A stretch of DNA of 64,000 bases from Bacillota bacterium (GTDB lineage Bacteria; Bacillota; SHA-98; Ch115; JABLXJ01). The position numbers and the translations under genes were made by a program. Shown here piece after piece: positions 39,624-48,302 of the stretch. The notes beneath the pieces were generated by a model. It made no database searches. It saw nothing but the letters and a program-made list of their open reading frames with translations, and had not been told where the DNA came from. The stretch spans positions 78,305 to 142,304 of the forward strand of contig JABLXJ010000008.1 in NCBI GenBank assembly GCA_013178125.1, written 5' to 3'. How positions within the stretch are numbered: position 1 is the stretch's first letter; every line of letters starts with the position of its first letter.

Positions 39624-41153
39624 ATGCAATGGCTTCAGGCCCTCTCCACCCTGGCAAACCCCGCATGCATAGCGTTCATGCTGCTTGGGTGCATAATTGG
39701 CATCATCGGGGGAGCCCTCCCGGGGATTGGTGCCAGCCTGACCATGTCACTACTTATTCCATTTACATTTACGCTGCCCAAAACCATAGGGCTACCGTTC
39801 CTGATCGCGGCATGGTCGGCGGTCCTGTGGGGCGGCTCCATCACCGCCATCCTGCTGAATACCCCGGGGACCGGCGGCAACGTGGCGACGTGCTTCGATG
39901 GCTTCCCCTTGTCGGAGAAGGGTCGAGGCGGGGTCGGCCTCGGGATATCCGCTATGTCATCGATGGTGGGCGGCCTCGTAGGGATCATCGTGTTGATCCT
40001 ATTTGCGCCACTGCTCGCCAGCTTCTCTTTAAGATTCGGGCCTGCGGAGTACTTCCTTCTAGCTATATTCGGTATGAGCATCATAGCCACGACTACAGAA
40101 GGCGCTGCCCTCAAGGGGCTCATAGGCGCCGGGATCGGCCTTCTCATCAGCCTTATAGGCTATGACCTGATCTCCGGCGAGATACGCTACGACTTCGGAA
40201 CCCTCTACTTACAGGATGGCATCCCCTTCCTGGACGTGATAATCGGGCTCTTCGCCGTCTCGCAGGCGTTCGTCTTCGCCGAGGAGCTCGAAGCCACGGT
40301 CGCCAAGGCGGGGAAAGTGGTAGGTAGCGCCTTCGAGGGTATACTCATCCCCTTCAAGTATGTCGTAACGCTGGTGCGGAGCTGCCTCATAGGAGTTATC
40401 TTCGGCTTCGCTCCCGGCGTGGGCACCGCCGCTGCAAACATGGTCGCCTGGACGGAGGCAAAAAGGAGCTCCAGCCACCCGGAAACGTTCGGCTCAGGTG
40501 ACGAGGAAGGATTAGTGGCAGCCGAGACTGCAAACAATGCTGTTCAAGGTGGCGCCCTCATCCCCGCCCTCACCCTCGGCATTCCGGGCAACTCCGATTC
40601 GGCGGTCTTCCTGGTCGCGCTCATGATGTACGGCATAACGCCCGGCAAAGATCTCTTCGGGAACAACCCCGACCTTGTCTATGTGCTCTTTACGGCCTTG
40701 CTGATAGGCCAAATCCTCTTTTTCGCGATAGGAGTGCCGTTTTCTAATCTCTGGGCGAAGGTGACCATAGTCCCAACAAGCATCGTTATGCCGGTTGTGT
40801 TGATAACCTGTTATGTGGGGGCTTTCGCGCTAAGAAACAACATCTGGGACATTCTCACGGTCTCCATATTCGGACTGCTGGGATACATCATGAAGAAGCT
40901 CAAATTCCCTGTGGTCCCGATGATGCTCGCCGTGATCCTCGGGCCCATAGCGGAAAAGAACTTCTACCGGGCCCTCTTGATATCCGGCGGCTCCTTTAAG
41001 ATATTCGTTTCCAGCCTGATATCTCAAGCCCTTATCCTGCTCATTGTTTTCGCGCTCGCCTTTCCATATATTTCAAGCGTTTTAAGAACGCGGCGGCAGA
41101 AAAATAGGGATAAAAACGGGGCATTGGACACACCACGGAGGTGCGAGTCATGA
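39624..41153 (+). CDS. tctA: Tripartite tricarboxylate transporter TctA
   Basis: GALPGIG, GGSITAILLNTPG, AAETANNA, TLGIPG. Confidence 0.93.
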   Translation: MQWLQALSTLANPACIAFMLLGCIIGIIGGALPGIGASLTMSLLIPFTFTLPKTIGLPFLIAAWSAVLWGGSITAILLNTPGTGGNVATCFDGFPLSEKGRGGVGLGISAMSSMVGGLVGIIVLILFAPLLASFSLRFGPAEYFLLAIFGMSIIATTTEGAALKGLIGAGIGLLISLIGYDLISGEIRYDFGTLYLQDGIPFLDVIIGLFAVSQAFVFAEELEATVAKAGKVVGSAFEGILIPFKYVVTLVRSCLIGVIFGFAPGVGTAAANMVAWTEAKRSSSHPETFGSGDEEGLVAAETANNAVQGGALIPALTLGIPGNSDSAVFLVALMMYGITPGKDLFGNNPDLVYVLFTALLIGQILFFAIGVPFSNLWAKVTIVPTSIVMPVVLITCYVGAFALRNNIWDILTVSIFGLLGYIMKKLKFPVVPMMLAVILGPIAEKNFYRALLISGGSFKIFVSSLISQALILLIVFALAFPYISSVLRTRRQKNRDKNGALDTPRRCES

Positions 41154-42175
41154 ATATGTCCGTAAAAGCCGGGGGGCTTGAGCTCAAGAATCCCCTAGTC
41201 CTTGCATCAGCAAGCTACAGCGCGAATGCATCGGGGATAGAAAAATATATAAGGCTCGGCTTCTCGGCCGTGATAACAAAGACGGTCACGAGGAAGCCGC
41301 TCGCAGGTGCGCCCCCACCGAGGATATTCTGGTACGACCCGAATGAAAAGCGGATGCTGAGCGGGGTCGAGGCCCTGCGAAACCCGGGCTACGAGAAGGT
41401 CTGCGAGGCTATAGCCAGGTGCAAGCCCCTTGCCGCCCAGGAGGATTGTAAAATCATCGCGAGCCTCAGCGGCCAGTCTGAACAGGAGATGGCCGAAATG
41501 GCAAGAGCCCTCGAGAGCGCGGGAGCCGATGGCATTGAGCTCAACCTCGTTTGCCCGTCCACAGGCCCCCATCTCGGGCCGGATTATGACCGCCTCGGCA
41601 AGTACTGGTCTGAAACGCCTGAGCGGGTCATCTCGGTCATATCTGCCGTGAAATCCGCTGTCAACGCGCCGGTATGGGCGAAGTGCACCCTGGGCAGCAT
41701 CATCAAACCCGAATTCATAAAAGAGGTGGATGCGAAGGCCCCGCCAGATGCGTATGCGTTCATAGGCGGGCGCATGCCCTGCCTCGTGATAGATACCGAT
41801 ACGGGAAAGCCGAAATTCCCGGGGAATACGCTCCTGAGGTTCGAAAAGGGCATACCTGTCATGCCGACGGTCACGGGGCCCGTCAAGCCGAGCACGATAT
41901 TGCATACGGCCTACCTTGCAAAAATCACGAAGACCCCGCTCATATGCTCAGGCGGCTTGGGCAAAGGCCTAGACATCATTGAGGCCCTTATGGTAGGCGC
42001 CTCGGCGGCGTGTATCAGCACAGCCGTCTATAGAAAGGGTGACATTTCGCTCGAGATACTCAGGGAGATACAGGACTTCATGGAGAGGAAGGGGCTTTCC
42101 TCGCTGGACTCTATCAAAGGGATCGCCCTCCAGCACATCCCTGACCCGCCGCTCCTGAAAGTCCCGGGGCTCTGA
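41141..42175 (+). CDS. Divergent dihydroorotate dehydrogenase / PreA-like FMN enzyme
   Basis: LKNPLVLAS, ITKTVT, ADGIELNLVCP, PVWAK, ICSGG, GASA. Confidence 0.8.
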   Translation: MRVMNMSVKAGGLELKNPLVLASASYSANASGIEKYIRLGFSAVITKTVTRKPLAGAPPPRIFWYDPNEKRMLSGVEALRNPGYEKVCEAIARCKPLAAQEDCKIIASLSGQSEQEMAEMARALESAGADGIELNLVCPSTGPHLGPDYDRLGKYWSETPERVISVISAVKSAVNAPVWAKCTLGSIIKPEFIKEVDAKAPPDAYAFIGGRMPCLVIDTDTGKPKFPGNTLLRFEKGIPVMPTVTGPVKPSTILHTAYLAKITKTPLICSGGLGKGLDIIEALMVGASAACISTAVYRKGDISLEILREIQDFMERKGLSSLDSIKGIALQHIPDPPLLKVPGL

Positions 42176-42340
42176 CCGAATAACTAATATGACCCAATAT
42201 ATGACTATAATGACATCTACTCTACCGGCACCCGCCCCAGATTGATCAGCCCTGAGTCGGGCTGAATTGCATCATTTGGGGATAAAGTCGGAATAAATTC
42301 AGATCGCTTCTGGAGCTAAAGTATACGGGGAGGCATTCCG

Positions 42341-43051
42341 ATGGACGTCGCAGAGGATATCCAGCAAATAAAGGAGAATCTGGCCCAGGCGGTGCGCGTC
42401 CTGGCCAATGGCGGGATTCTCACCCTCATGGTGGGGCACGTAAGCCAGAGAGTTAAATCCGATGGGAGCATAGTAATCCTGGGACACGCTCACAGGCTTG
42501 GGAAGACGCTCAGCAAGGTCGCGGCCGGCGATATGGTGACTATTGACATGAATGGGAATCTCATAGATGGGCGCCTCGGCCCGCCTGGGGAGAGGTTTAT
42601 TCACACAGCGATATATCGCGCGAGGCCGGACGTAGGAGCCGTGATACATGCCCATCCCCTCGCCTCCTTGCCGTTCGGCATAGCAGGTGTTGAGATCATC
42701 CCAGTGTTTGCCAGGGCTGTGCAGCTCGGGCCGAAGGTGCCGATCTTCGATTACCCGGGCCAGATCGATACGGAAGCCAAGGGCGAGGAGCTTGCGCGCA
42801 ACCTGGGCCCCAACAAGGCTTTGCTCCTCCGTGGACATGGGATCGTGGTCGTGGGCGAAACCCTCGAGGAGGCCTGCGTGAACGCTTTTATGCTCGAGAT
42901 GAACGCTGATATCCAATTCAAGGCGAGCCTGCTGGGCTCAGCCAGGCCCGTGACCCCCGAAGAAGTCTACGGCGAGAATCATCAGAGCCGCCATACGCCT
43001 ACAAGCTCATGGTTTTATTTCGTAGAGCGCTACAACGGCTGCGGCGATTAG
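42341..43051 (+). CDS. Class II aldolase/adducin family protein
   Basis: GHVSQR, PGERFIHTAIYRARPDV, IHAH, LLRGHG. Confidence 0.9.
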   Translation: MDVAEDIQQIKENLAQAVRVLANGGILTLMVGHVSQRVKSDGSIVILGHAHRLGKTLSKVAAGDMVTIDMNGNLIDGRLGPPGERFIHTAIYRARPDVGAVIHAHPLASLPFGIAGVEIIPVFARAVQLGPKVPIFDYPGQIDTEAKGEELARNLGPNKALLLRGHGIVVVGETLEEACVNAFMLEMNADIQFKASLLGSARPVTPEEVYGENHQSRHTPTSSWFYFVERYNGCGD

Positions 43052-43437
43052 GGGATAATACAACTCGCGCTCTATTATAAGGCATGAGGCTATGAGGCCG
43101 CGTGTACAGCCCACTAAGTAACATGGGGGACGTGGCCTCAGCTATATTCCTCGATAACTGCACTTGAGTCTAACTCGAGTCTATCGCCGATAGATATCAA
43201 GTTTAGATTCCCCCAACTTTCAAAATGATGAAATCTTCTACCGAAGGAAAAACTAATATGGCGACGAATACGGAAGAAGATTGTACCTGACCGGGGTCCG
43301 GCCCACCTACCTGTGGTAACCCTGATCATCAATGTCAATGATGGATTGCTTCAAGGGTTGGCGGTATAATGGTCTAACTAGAAGTCTCACTCACTCGACT
43401 ACGACAAGATTGGATGCTACAAAGGGGGTGTTTCTTT

Positions 43438-43767
43438 ATGAATGGCTTTACTGAAGCGCTTGGGATTACAGTGGTAGGAATGGTCACAGTTTTCGCTGGC
43501 CTATTGGTCCTCGCGTTCTGCATAAAGCTCCTCGAGAGGCTCTTCGGCCCCGAAAACGCCCCTCTCGAGCAGGAGCAGGGCATGGCTCAGCTTGAGCCTG
43601 CCGAGGGTGGCCGAGAAGAGGCTCAGGTATATGAGGGTCTGGCCGGGGAGATAATAGCGGCGATTACTGCGAGCCTTATTGCCGCAGGAGTCAACCCGAA
43701 GCGCGTCACCATACGGCCCGCGGACGCGAGCGCAGCGGAGGAGAAAGAGGACCGTGCTATAGCATAG
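43438..43767 (+). CDS. oadG: Na+-translocating decarboxylase gamma subunit (OadG family)
   Basis: ITVVGMVTVFAGL TM segment; EIIAAITAS motif; upstream of oadB/oadA. Confidence 0.8.
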   Translation: MNGFTEALGITVVGMVTVFAGLLVLAFCIKLLERLFGPENAPLEQEQGMAQLEPAEGGREEAQVYEGLAGEIIAAITASLIAAGVNPKRVTIRPADASAAEEKEDRAIA

Positions 43768-44037
43768 GATGTTCTCTTAAGGATATCCTTTCGAAAACAT
43801 TGTACATGAGTTCACAATTTGAGAACGATAGCTGGACGATAGTCAATAGTGGCCAATGGCTAATTTGAATCGCCAATGGTCAACTTGCTGGTGGTTGAGG
43901 GTTTACAATGGTTACCAAAGTGATAGTCACTGAGCGACAAATAACATATAGCGATTACCAGGGGCACCCGAAGAGGTTATCTATCTAAAGGGGTTACCCC
44001 ATTATATTTTTTATTAGAAAGGCAAGATGGTCGTTTT

Positions 44038-44439
44038 ATGAGAAAATTTAAAGTAGTGGTCGGCGGAAACGAGTATGACGTAGAAGTTGAAGAATACCGC
44101 GAGGAAGAGGCGGCTGCAGAGCCTGTTGCGAAGAAGCCCGTCGCCGTGGCGACACCGGCACCGGCGCCGAAGCCCAAAGCCGTACAGCCCAAGCCCACCC
44201 GCGAGGGGCATGCCCCCAATTCCAAGACGATCACCGCCCCTCTTGGTGGAACCATCCTCAAGGTCAACGTCAAAGAAGGGGACAGGGTTAAGGCGGGGCA
44301 GATCGTTCTGACCCTCGAGGCTCTCAAACTCGAAAACGAGATTGCTGCGCCGGCAGACGGGGTTGTTCGCGAAATCGTCGTGTCGTCCGGAAACACCGTA
44401 GAGATCGGGCAGACGTTGATGGTTATCGAACTTGACTGA
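44038..44439 (+). CDS. Biotin carboxyl carrier subunit of the decarboxylase
   Basis: Pro/Ala linker; ITAPLGG, LEALKLENEI biotinylation motif. Confidence 0.9.
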   Translation: MRKFKVVVGGNEYDVEVEEYREEEAAAEPVAKKPVAVATPAPAPKPKAVQPKPTREGHAPNSKTITAPLGGTILKVNVKEGDRVKAGQIVLTLEALKLENEIAAPADGVVREIVVSSGNTVEIGQTLMVIELD

Positions 44440-44596
44440 TGGTTATAAACACTGATGGTTATCAACCGTGAGCAGTGGGAAAACGCGGGAAAAATAATTA
44501 AGGTAGAATTCAGTAGATCGGTCCCCCGATCTATATCCCGATCTATATATAGTAATGGCAATAGCAATAAACGTCCTTAAGGGGGCATAGTTCAAG

Positions 44597-45709
44597 GTGC
44601 TAACTCGAATGTTGGAGTTCATAAGGAGCACGGGTTTCGTCAATATCACCCCTGGCGAGGCCCTGATGATTCTTGTATCATTTGTCCTGCTCTACCTGGC
44701 CATAAAAAAGGGGTACGAGCCGCTGCTCCTGGTCCCGATCGGGTTCGGGGTCATGCTCGCTAACCTCCCGCTCGCCAATTTAATGGAGAAGGGCGGGTTG
44801 CTATACAACCTTTACCAGGGGGTCAAGCTCGGCATATACCCGCCCCTCATCTTCCTGGGGGTCGGGGCGCTCACGGATTTCGGGCCGCTGATTGCAAACC
44901 CGTTTAGCATACTCCTCGGGGCGGCAGCGCAAATTGGCATATTCACCACCTTCCTGGGTGCTATAGGTCTCAATTTCACCCTGAAGGAGGCTGCCTCGAT
45001 CGGCATAATCGGCGGGGCCGATGGGCCGACGGCGATATATCTCACATCCAAGCTGGCGCCCCACTTGCTTGGGCCCATCGCGATAGCAGCCTACTCTTAT
45101 ATGGCTCTCGTCCCAATTATCCAGCCTCCAATAATGAAGGCCCTGACGACCCCGGAAGAGCGCAAGACAATGATGGCACAGCTAAGAACGGTATCTAAGG
45201 CCGAGAGGATCATCTTCCCCATAGTTGTCACCGTCCTTGGAATCTTGATTGTCCCGTCCGCCGGGGCTCTAATAGGTGCGCTCATGCTTGGCAATCTTAT
45301 GCGCGAGAGCGGCGTTGTGGACCGGCTGACCAAGACCGCCCAGAACGAGCTGATAAACATCGTGACGATATTCATTGGCTTGACCGTGGGCGCCACAGCA
45401 AATGCGGCCACATTCCTGACCTTCCGGACCATCAGCATTGTTATCCTAGGCCTCCTGGCCTTCGCCGCAAGCACCGCAGGCGGGGTCATTTTCGGCAAGA
45501 TCATGTATAAGCTAACCGGGGGCAAGGTGAACCCCTTGATAGGCTCGGCGGGCGTCTCGGCCGTTCCAATGGCCGCCAGGGTCTCACAAAAGGTGGGCCA
45601 GGAGGCCAATCCGGAGAACTTCCTGCTGATGCACGCGATGGGGCCAAATGTGGCAGGGGTTATAGGCTCGGCGATCGCAGCCGGCGTCCTGCTTGCCGCC
45701 CTCGGGTAA
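44597..45709 (+). CDS. oadB: Na+-translocating decarboxylase beta subunit
   Basis: [43 protein letters not shown]. Confidence 0.96.
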   Translation: MLTRMLEFIRSTGFVNITPGEALMILVSFVLLYLAIKKGYEPLLLVPIGFGVMLANLPLANLMEKGGLLYNLYQGVKLGIYPPLIFLGVGALTDFGPLIANPFSILLGAAAQIGIFTTFLGAIGLNFTLKEAASIGIIGGADGPTAIYLTSKLAPHLLGPIAIAAYSYMALVPIIQPPIMKALTTPEERKTMMAQLRTVSKAERIIFPIVVTVLGILIVPSAGALIGALMLGNLMRESGVVDRLTKTAQNELINIVTIFIGLTVGATANAATFLTFRTISIVILGLLAFAASTAGGVIFGKIMYKLTGGKVNPLIGSAGVSAVPMAARVSQKVGQEANPENFLLMHAMGPNVAGVIGSAIAAGVLLAALG

Positions 45710-45765
45710 TATCGGATTTCGGATTAAGGAAGAATTGAATCGAAAGGGGATTGAGAGGGGATATC

Positions 45766-47205
45766 ATGAGCGCTGACGAAGTCAGAAACCATGCACTCAA
45801 AGAAAGCAAGGCCGGCAGCGCCGCTGCGCTGCAAGAGACGCCGGCGCCAAAGAGGCGGATAAAGGTCACCGATACGATCTTCCGGGACGCGCACCAGTCC
45901 CTCCTGGCCACCAGGATGCGCACCGAGGATATGCTCGCAGTGGCCGACGAGATTGATAAAGTGGGGTATTATTCCCTGGAGGTCTGGGGTGGGGCTACCT
46001 TCGACTCCTGCCTCAGGTATCTCGACGAGGACCCTTGGGTCCGCCTCCGTAAGCTGAAGGAACGAATCAAGAACACGCCGCTTCAGATGCTTCTCCGCGG
46101 GCAGAACCTGCTCGGCTACCGCCAGTATCCAGATGATGTGGTGCGGGAATTCATAAAGCTCTCCATCGCTAACGGGATAGACATCATGCGTATATTCGAT
46201 GCGCTCAACGACGTGCGCAACATGCAGGTAGCCATCGAGGCCACCAAGCGTGAAGGAGGGCACGCCCAGGCGTCTGTCGTCTACACTACGAGCCCGGTGC
46301 ACAACCTGGACCTCTATGTGAAGATAGCAAGAGCCCTGAGGGACATGGGCGCTGATTCTATATGTATCAAGGATATGGCCGGGCTCCTCACTCCATATGC
46401 AGCCTATGAGCTCGTGAAGCGCCTCAAGGAGGAGATCGCCCTCCCGGTTCACCTTCACAGCCACTATACCAATGGCCTGGCCGCCATGGCCTACCTCAAG
46501 GGAATCGAGGCGGGCGCCGATGGCATAGATACCGCCCTGTCCGCGCTCGCGCTCGGGAGTTCCCAACCGGCTACGGAAACGATGGTTGCGACCCTGCAGG
46601 GGACGCCTTACGATACAGAGCTGGATCTCAGCCTCATCAGCTCGATAAACTCCTATTTCAAGGGCGCAAAGGAAAAATACGCAAAGGTGGCTGCCCCTGT
46701 AGCCGTTAACCCTGAAGGGCTCATCTGGCAGATACCCGGCGGGATGCTCTCGAATCTCAGGGCGCAGCTGAAGGCGCAGGGCATGCTGGATAAGCTCCCC
46801 GCCGTTCTCGACGAGGTCCCGCGGGTGCGCGAGGAGATGGGCTACCCGCCCCTCGTAACGCCCATGAGCCAGATCGTCGGGACGCAGGCTGTCCTGAACA
46901 TCGCTACGGGGAAGAGGTATGCGATAAAGTCAAAAGAAATCCGCGACTATGTCAAAGGCCTCTACGGGACGCCGCCAGCCCCGATAAATGATGATATCAG
47001 GCGGATGATCATAGGCGACGAGGAAGTCGTCACGTGCCGGCCCGCGGACCTTCTCGAGCCACAGCTCGAAAAGGCAGAGGCTGAGCTGGGGGACTACATG
47101 CAAAGCCAGGAGGACCTACTCTCTTACGTGCTCTTCCCCGAGGTGGCCATGGACTTCTTCAAGAAGCGAGAGCAAGTGCAGGAAGAGGCCCAGGCGGGAG
47201 CGTAA
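45766..47205 (+). CDS. oadA: Oxaloacetate decarboxylase alpha / pyruvate carboxyltransferase subunit (no biotin domain)
   Basis: RDAHQSLLATRM, EVWGGATFD, CIKDMAG, HSH, PPLVTPMSQIVG. Confidence 0.93.
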   Translation: MSADEVRNHALKESKAGSAAALQETPAPKRRIKVTDTIFRDAHQSLLATRMRTEDMLAVADEIDKVGYYSLEVWGGATFDSCLRYLDEDPWVRLRKLKERIKNTPLQMLLRGQNLLGYRQYPDDVVREFIKLSIANGIDIMRIFDALNDVRNMQVAIEATKREGGHAQASVVYTTSPVHNLDLYVKIARALRDMGADSICIKDMAGLLTPYAAYELVKRLKEEIALPVHLHSHYTNGLAAMAYLKGIEAGADGIDTALSALALGSSQPATETMVATLQGTPYDTELDLSLISSINSYFKGAKEKYAKVAAPVAVNPEGLIWQIPGGMLSNLRAQLKAQGMLDKLPAVLDEVPRVREEMGYPPLVTPMSQIVGTQAVLNIATGKRYAIKSKEIRDYVKGLYGTPPAPINDDIRRMIIGDEEVVTCRPADLLEPQLEKAEAELGDYMQSQEDLLSYVLFPEVAMDFFKKREQVQEEAQAGA

Positions 47206-47221
47206 CAGGTGCCGTGCAAAG

Positions 47222-47491
47222 TGCCAAGATTCTTGGCAGTCTTCCCCGGTCAAAAGTGAAATTGGCAGCTTTCTTGGCAGGCTGCACGTGAAGATGCCAA
47301 GATTCTGGGCAGTTACCCGCTCATCCTGCCAATATTCTTGGCAGTTTGCCCCGGCCAAAGGTGAAAGTGCCAAGAATTTTGGCAGGTCGCGCGTAAAGGT
47401 GCCAAGATTCTTGGCAGTTTTGCCGCGTACAGGGGTTAGCCTGCCAAATTCCTTGGCAAGAGGTGAGTCATCCTGCCAAGTTTCTTTGCAG
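47222..47491. repeat. Array of eight 17-bp palindromes, consensus TGCCAAGA-T-TCTTGGCA
   Basis: Starts at 47222, 47263, 47295, 47327, 47368, 47400, 47442, 47474; between convergent genes. Confidence 0.92.
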
Positions 47492-47536
47492 CCCCGACGT
47501 ATCAGTAGCACGTCCGGCGCAGAGCTTCTAGATCTC

Positions 47537-48055
47537 TTAAAGCTTATATCCTATAGTCCTGAGGAGCTTCTTCCGCGCGGCTATATCCTCCGCGCCCTCA
47601 ATCCCTGCGGACACCAGCCCGTCGATGACGCCCAGAATCCCGCGCCCCTGCTTCGTCTCGGCGATGATCACCTCAACAGGATTCGCGGTTGCGCAATAGA
47701 TGCCGCATACCTCGGGCACCTGCTTGATGGCGTTGAGCACGTTGATTGGGTAGGCATTCTCCATGAGGATGATGAAGCTGTGCCCCGCCGCCAGTTTCAA
47801 GGCGTTGTTCCGTGCAAGCTCGACGAGGCGCTCGTCGTTCCCCGCATACCGCACGAGCCGCGGGCCCGAAGATTCGCAAAACGCCACGCCAAACTTGATC
47901 CCCGGGCCCGACGTCGCCATCGCCTCATAGATATCCTCGACGGTCTTTATGAAGTGGGCCTGCCCGAGAATCATATTCATGTCTTCTGGCTTATCGATCT
48001 TGACTACTTTTAGCTCCAACCCTGCTTCCACCATGGCCTCCACCTCGCTATCCAC
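47537..48055 (-). CDS. Adenosine-specific kinase family protein (DUF355)
   Basis: GQAHFIKTVED, FCESSG, AAGHSF, YPIN, CATANP, GRGILGVIDG. Confidence 0.9.
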   Translation of the reverse strand: MDSEVEAMVEAGLELKVVKIDKPEDMNMILGQAHFIKTVEDIYEAMATSGPGIKFGVAFCESSGPRLVRYAGNDERLVELARNNALKLAAGHSFIILMENAYPINVLNAIKQVPEVCGIYCATANPVEVIIAETKQGRGILGVIDGLVSAGIEGAEDIAARKKLLRTIGYKL

Positions 48056-48064
48056 CTACTGTTA

Positions 48065-48239
48065 CTACCTAAAAACTGCCCAGCTATTCCCAGGCAATAT
48101 TTTCATTACCTGTGGCGCCGCAGCGCGGCATGAGGGTCTCCTCCGGGAATAACCCAATTATCTCCAACTAGAAATTCGATCCCTTCTAGAGATTTGATCC
48201 CTCTTATTCTTCTTGGCGCTGCGCCAGCGCACGGGGTCT
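48065..48239 (+). mobile_element. Two tandem CT-bounded mini-elements, copies 3 and 4
   Basis: CT at 48065, 48138 and 48238; units end ...CGCCGC-AGC-GCGGCATGAGGGT-CT and ...GCGCTG-CGC-CAGCGCACGGGGT-CT. Confidence 0.7.
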
Positions 48240-48302
48240 ACCCTTATTTATCATCCCCCTAAGGTGTAGCTATCTTGCAGCTATCCTATAGCTATCTTGC
48301 AG

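Noticed and set aside
36282-42175. De novo pyrimidine biosynthesis operon (pyrC/pyrD)
   Set aside because: No pyrB, carAB, pyrK, pyrE, pyrF or PyrR attenuator; sigma54 control and an importer point to catabolism.
42231-42240. att-site duplicate of the tRNA-Gln 3' end (CCCGCCCCAG)
   Set aside because: Only 10 nt, GC-rich, upstream of the tRNA and with no integrase; consistent with chance.
47222-47491. CRISPR array, or the coding ORFs 47288-48013 (+) and 47116-47511 (-)
   Set aside because: The repeat is only 17 bp with short, recurring linkers; the ORFs overlap real genes on the opposite strand and just translate the repeat.
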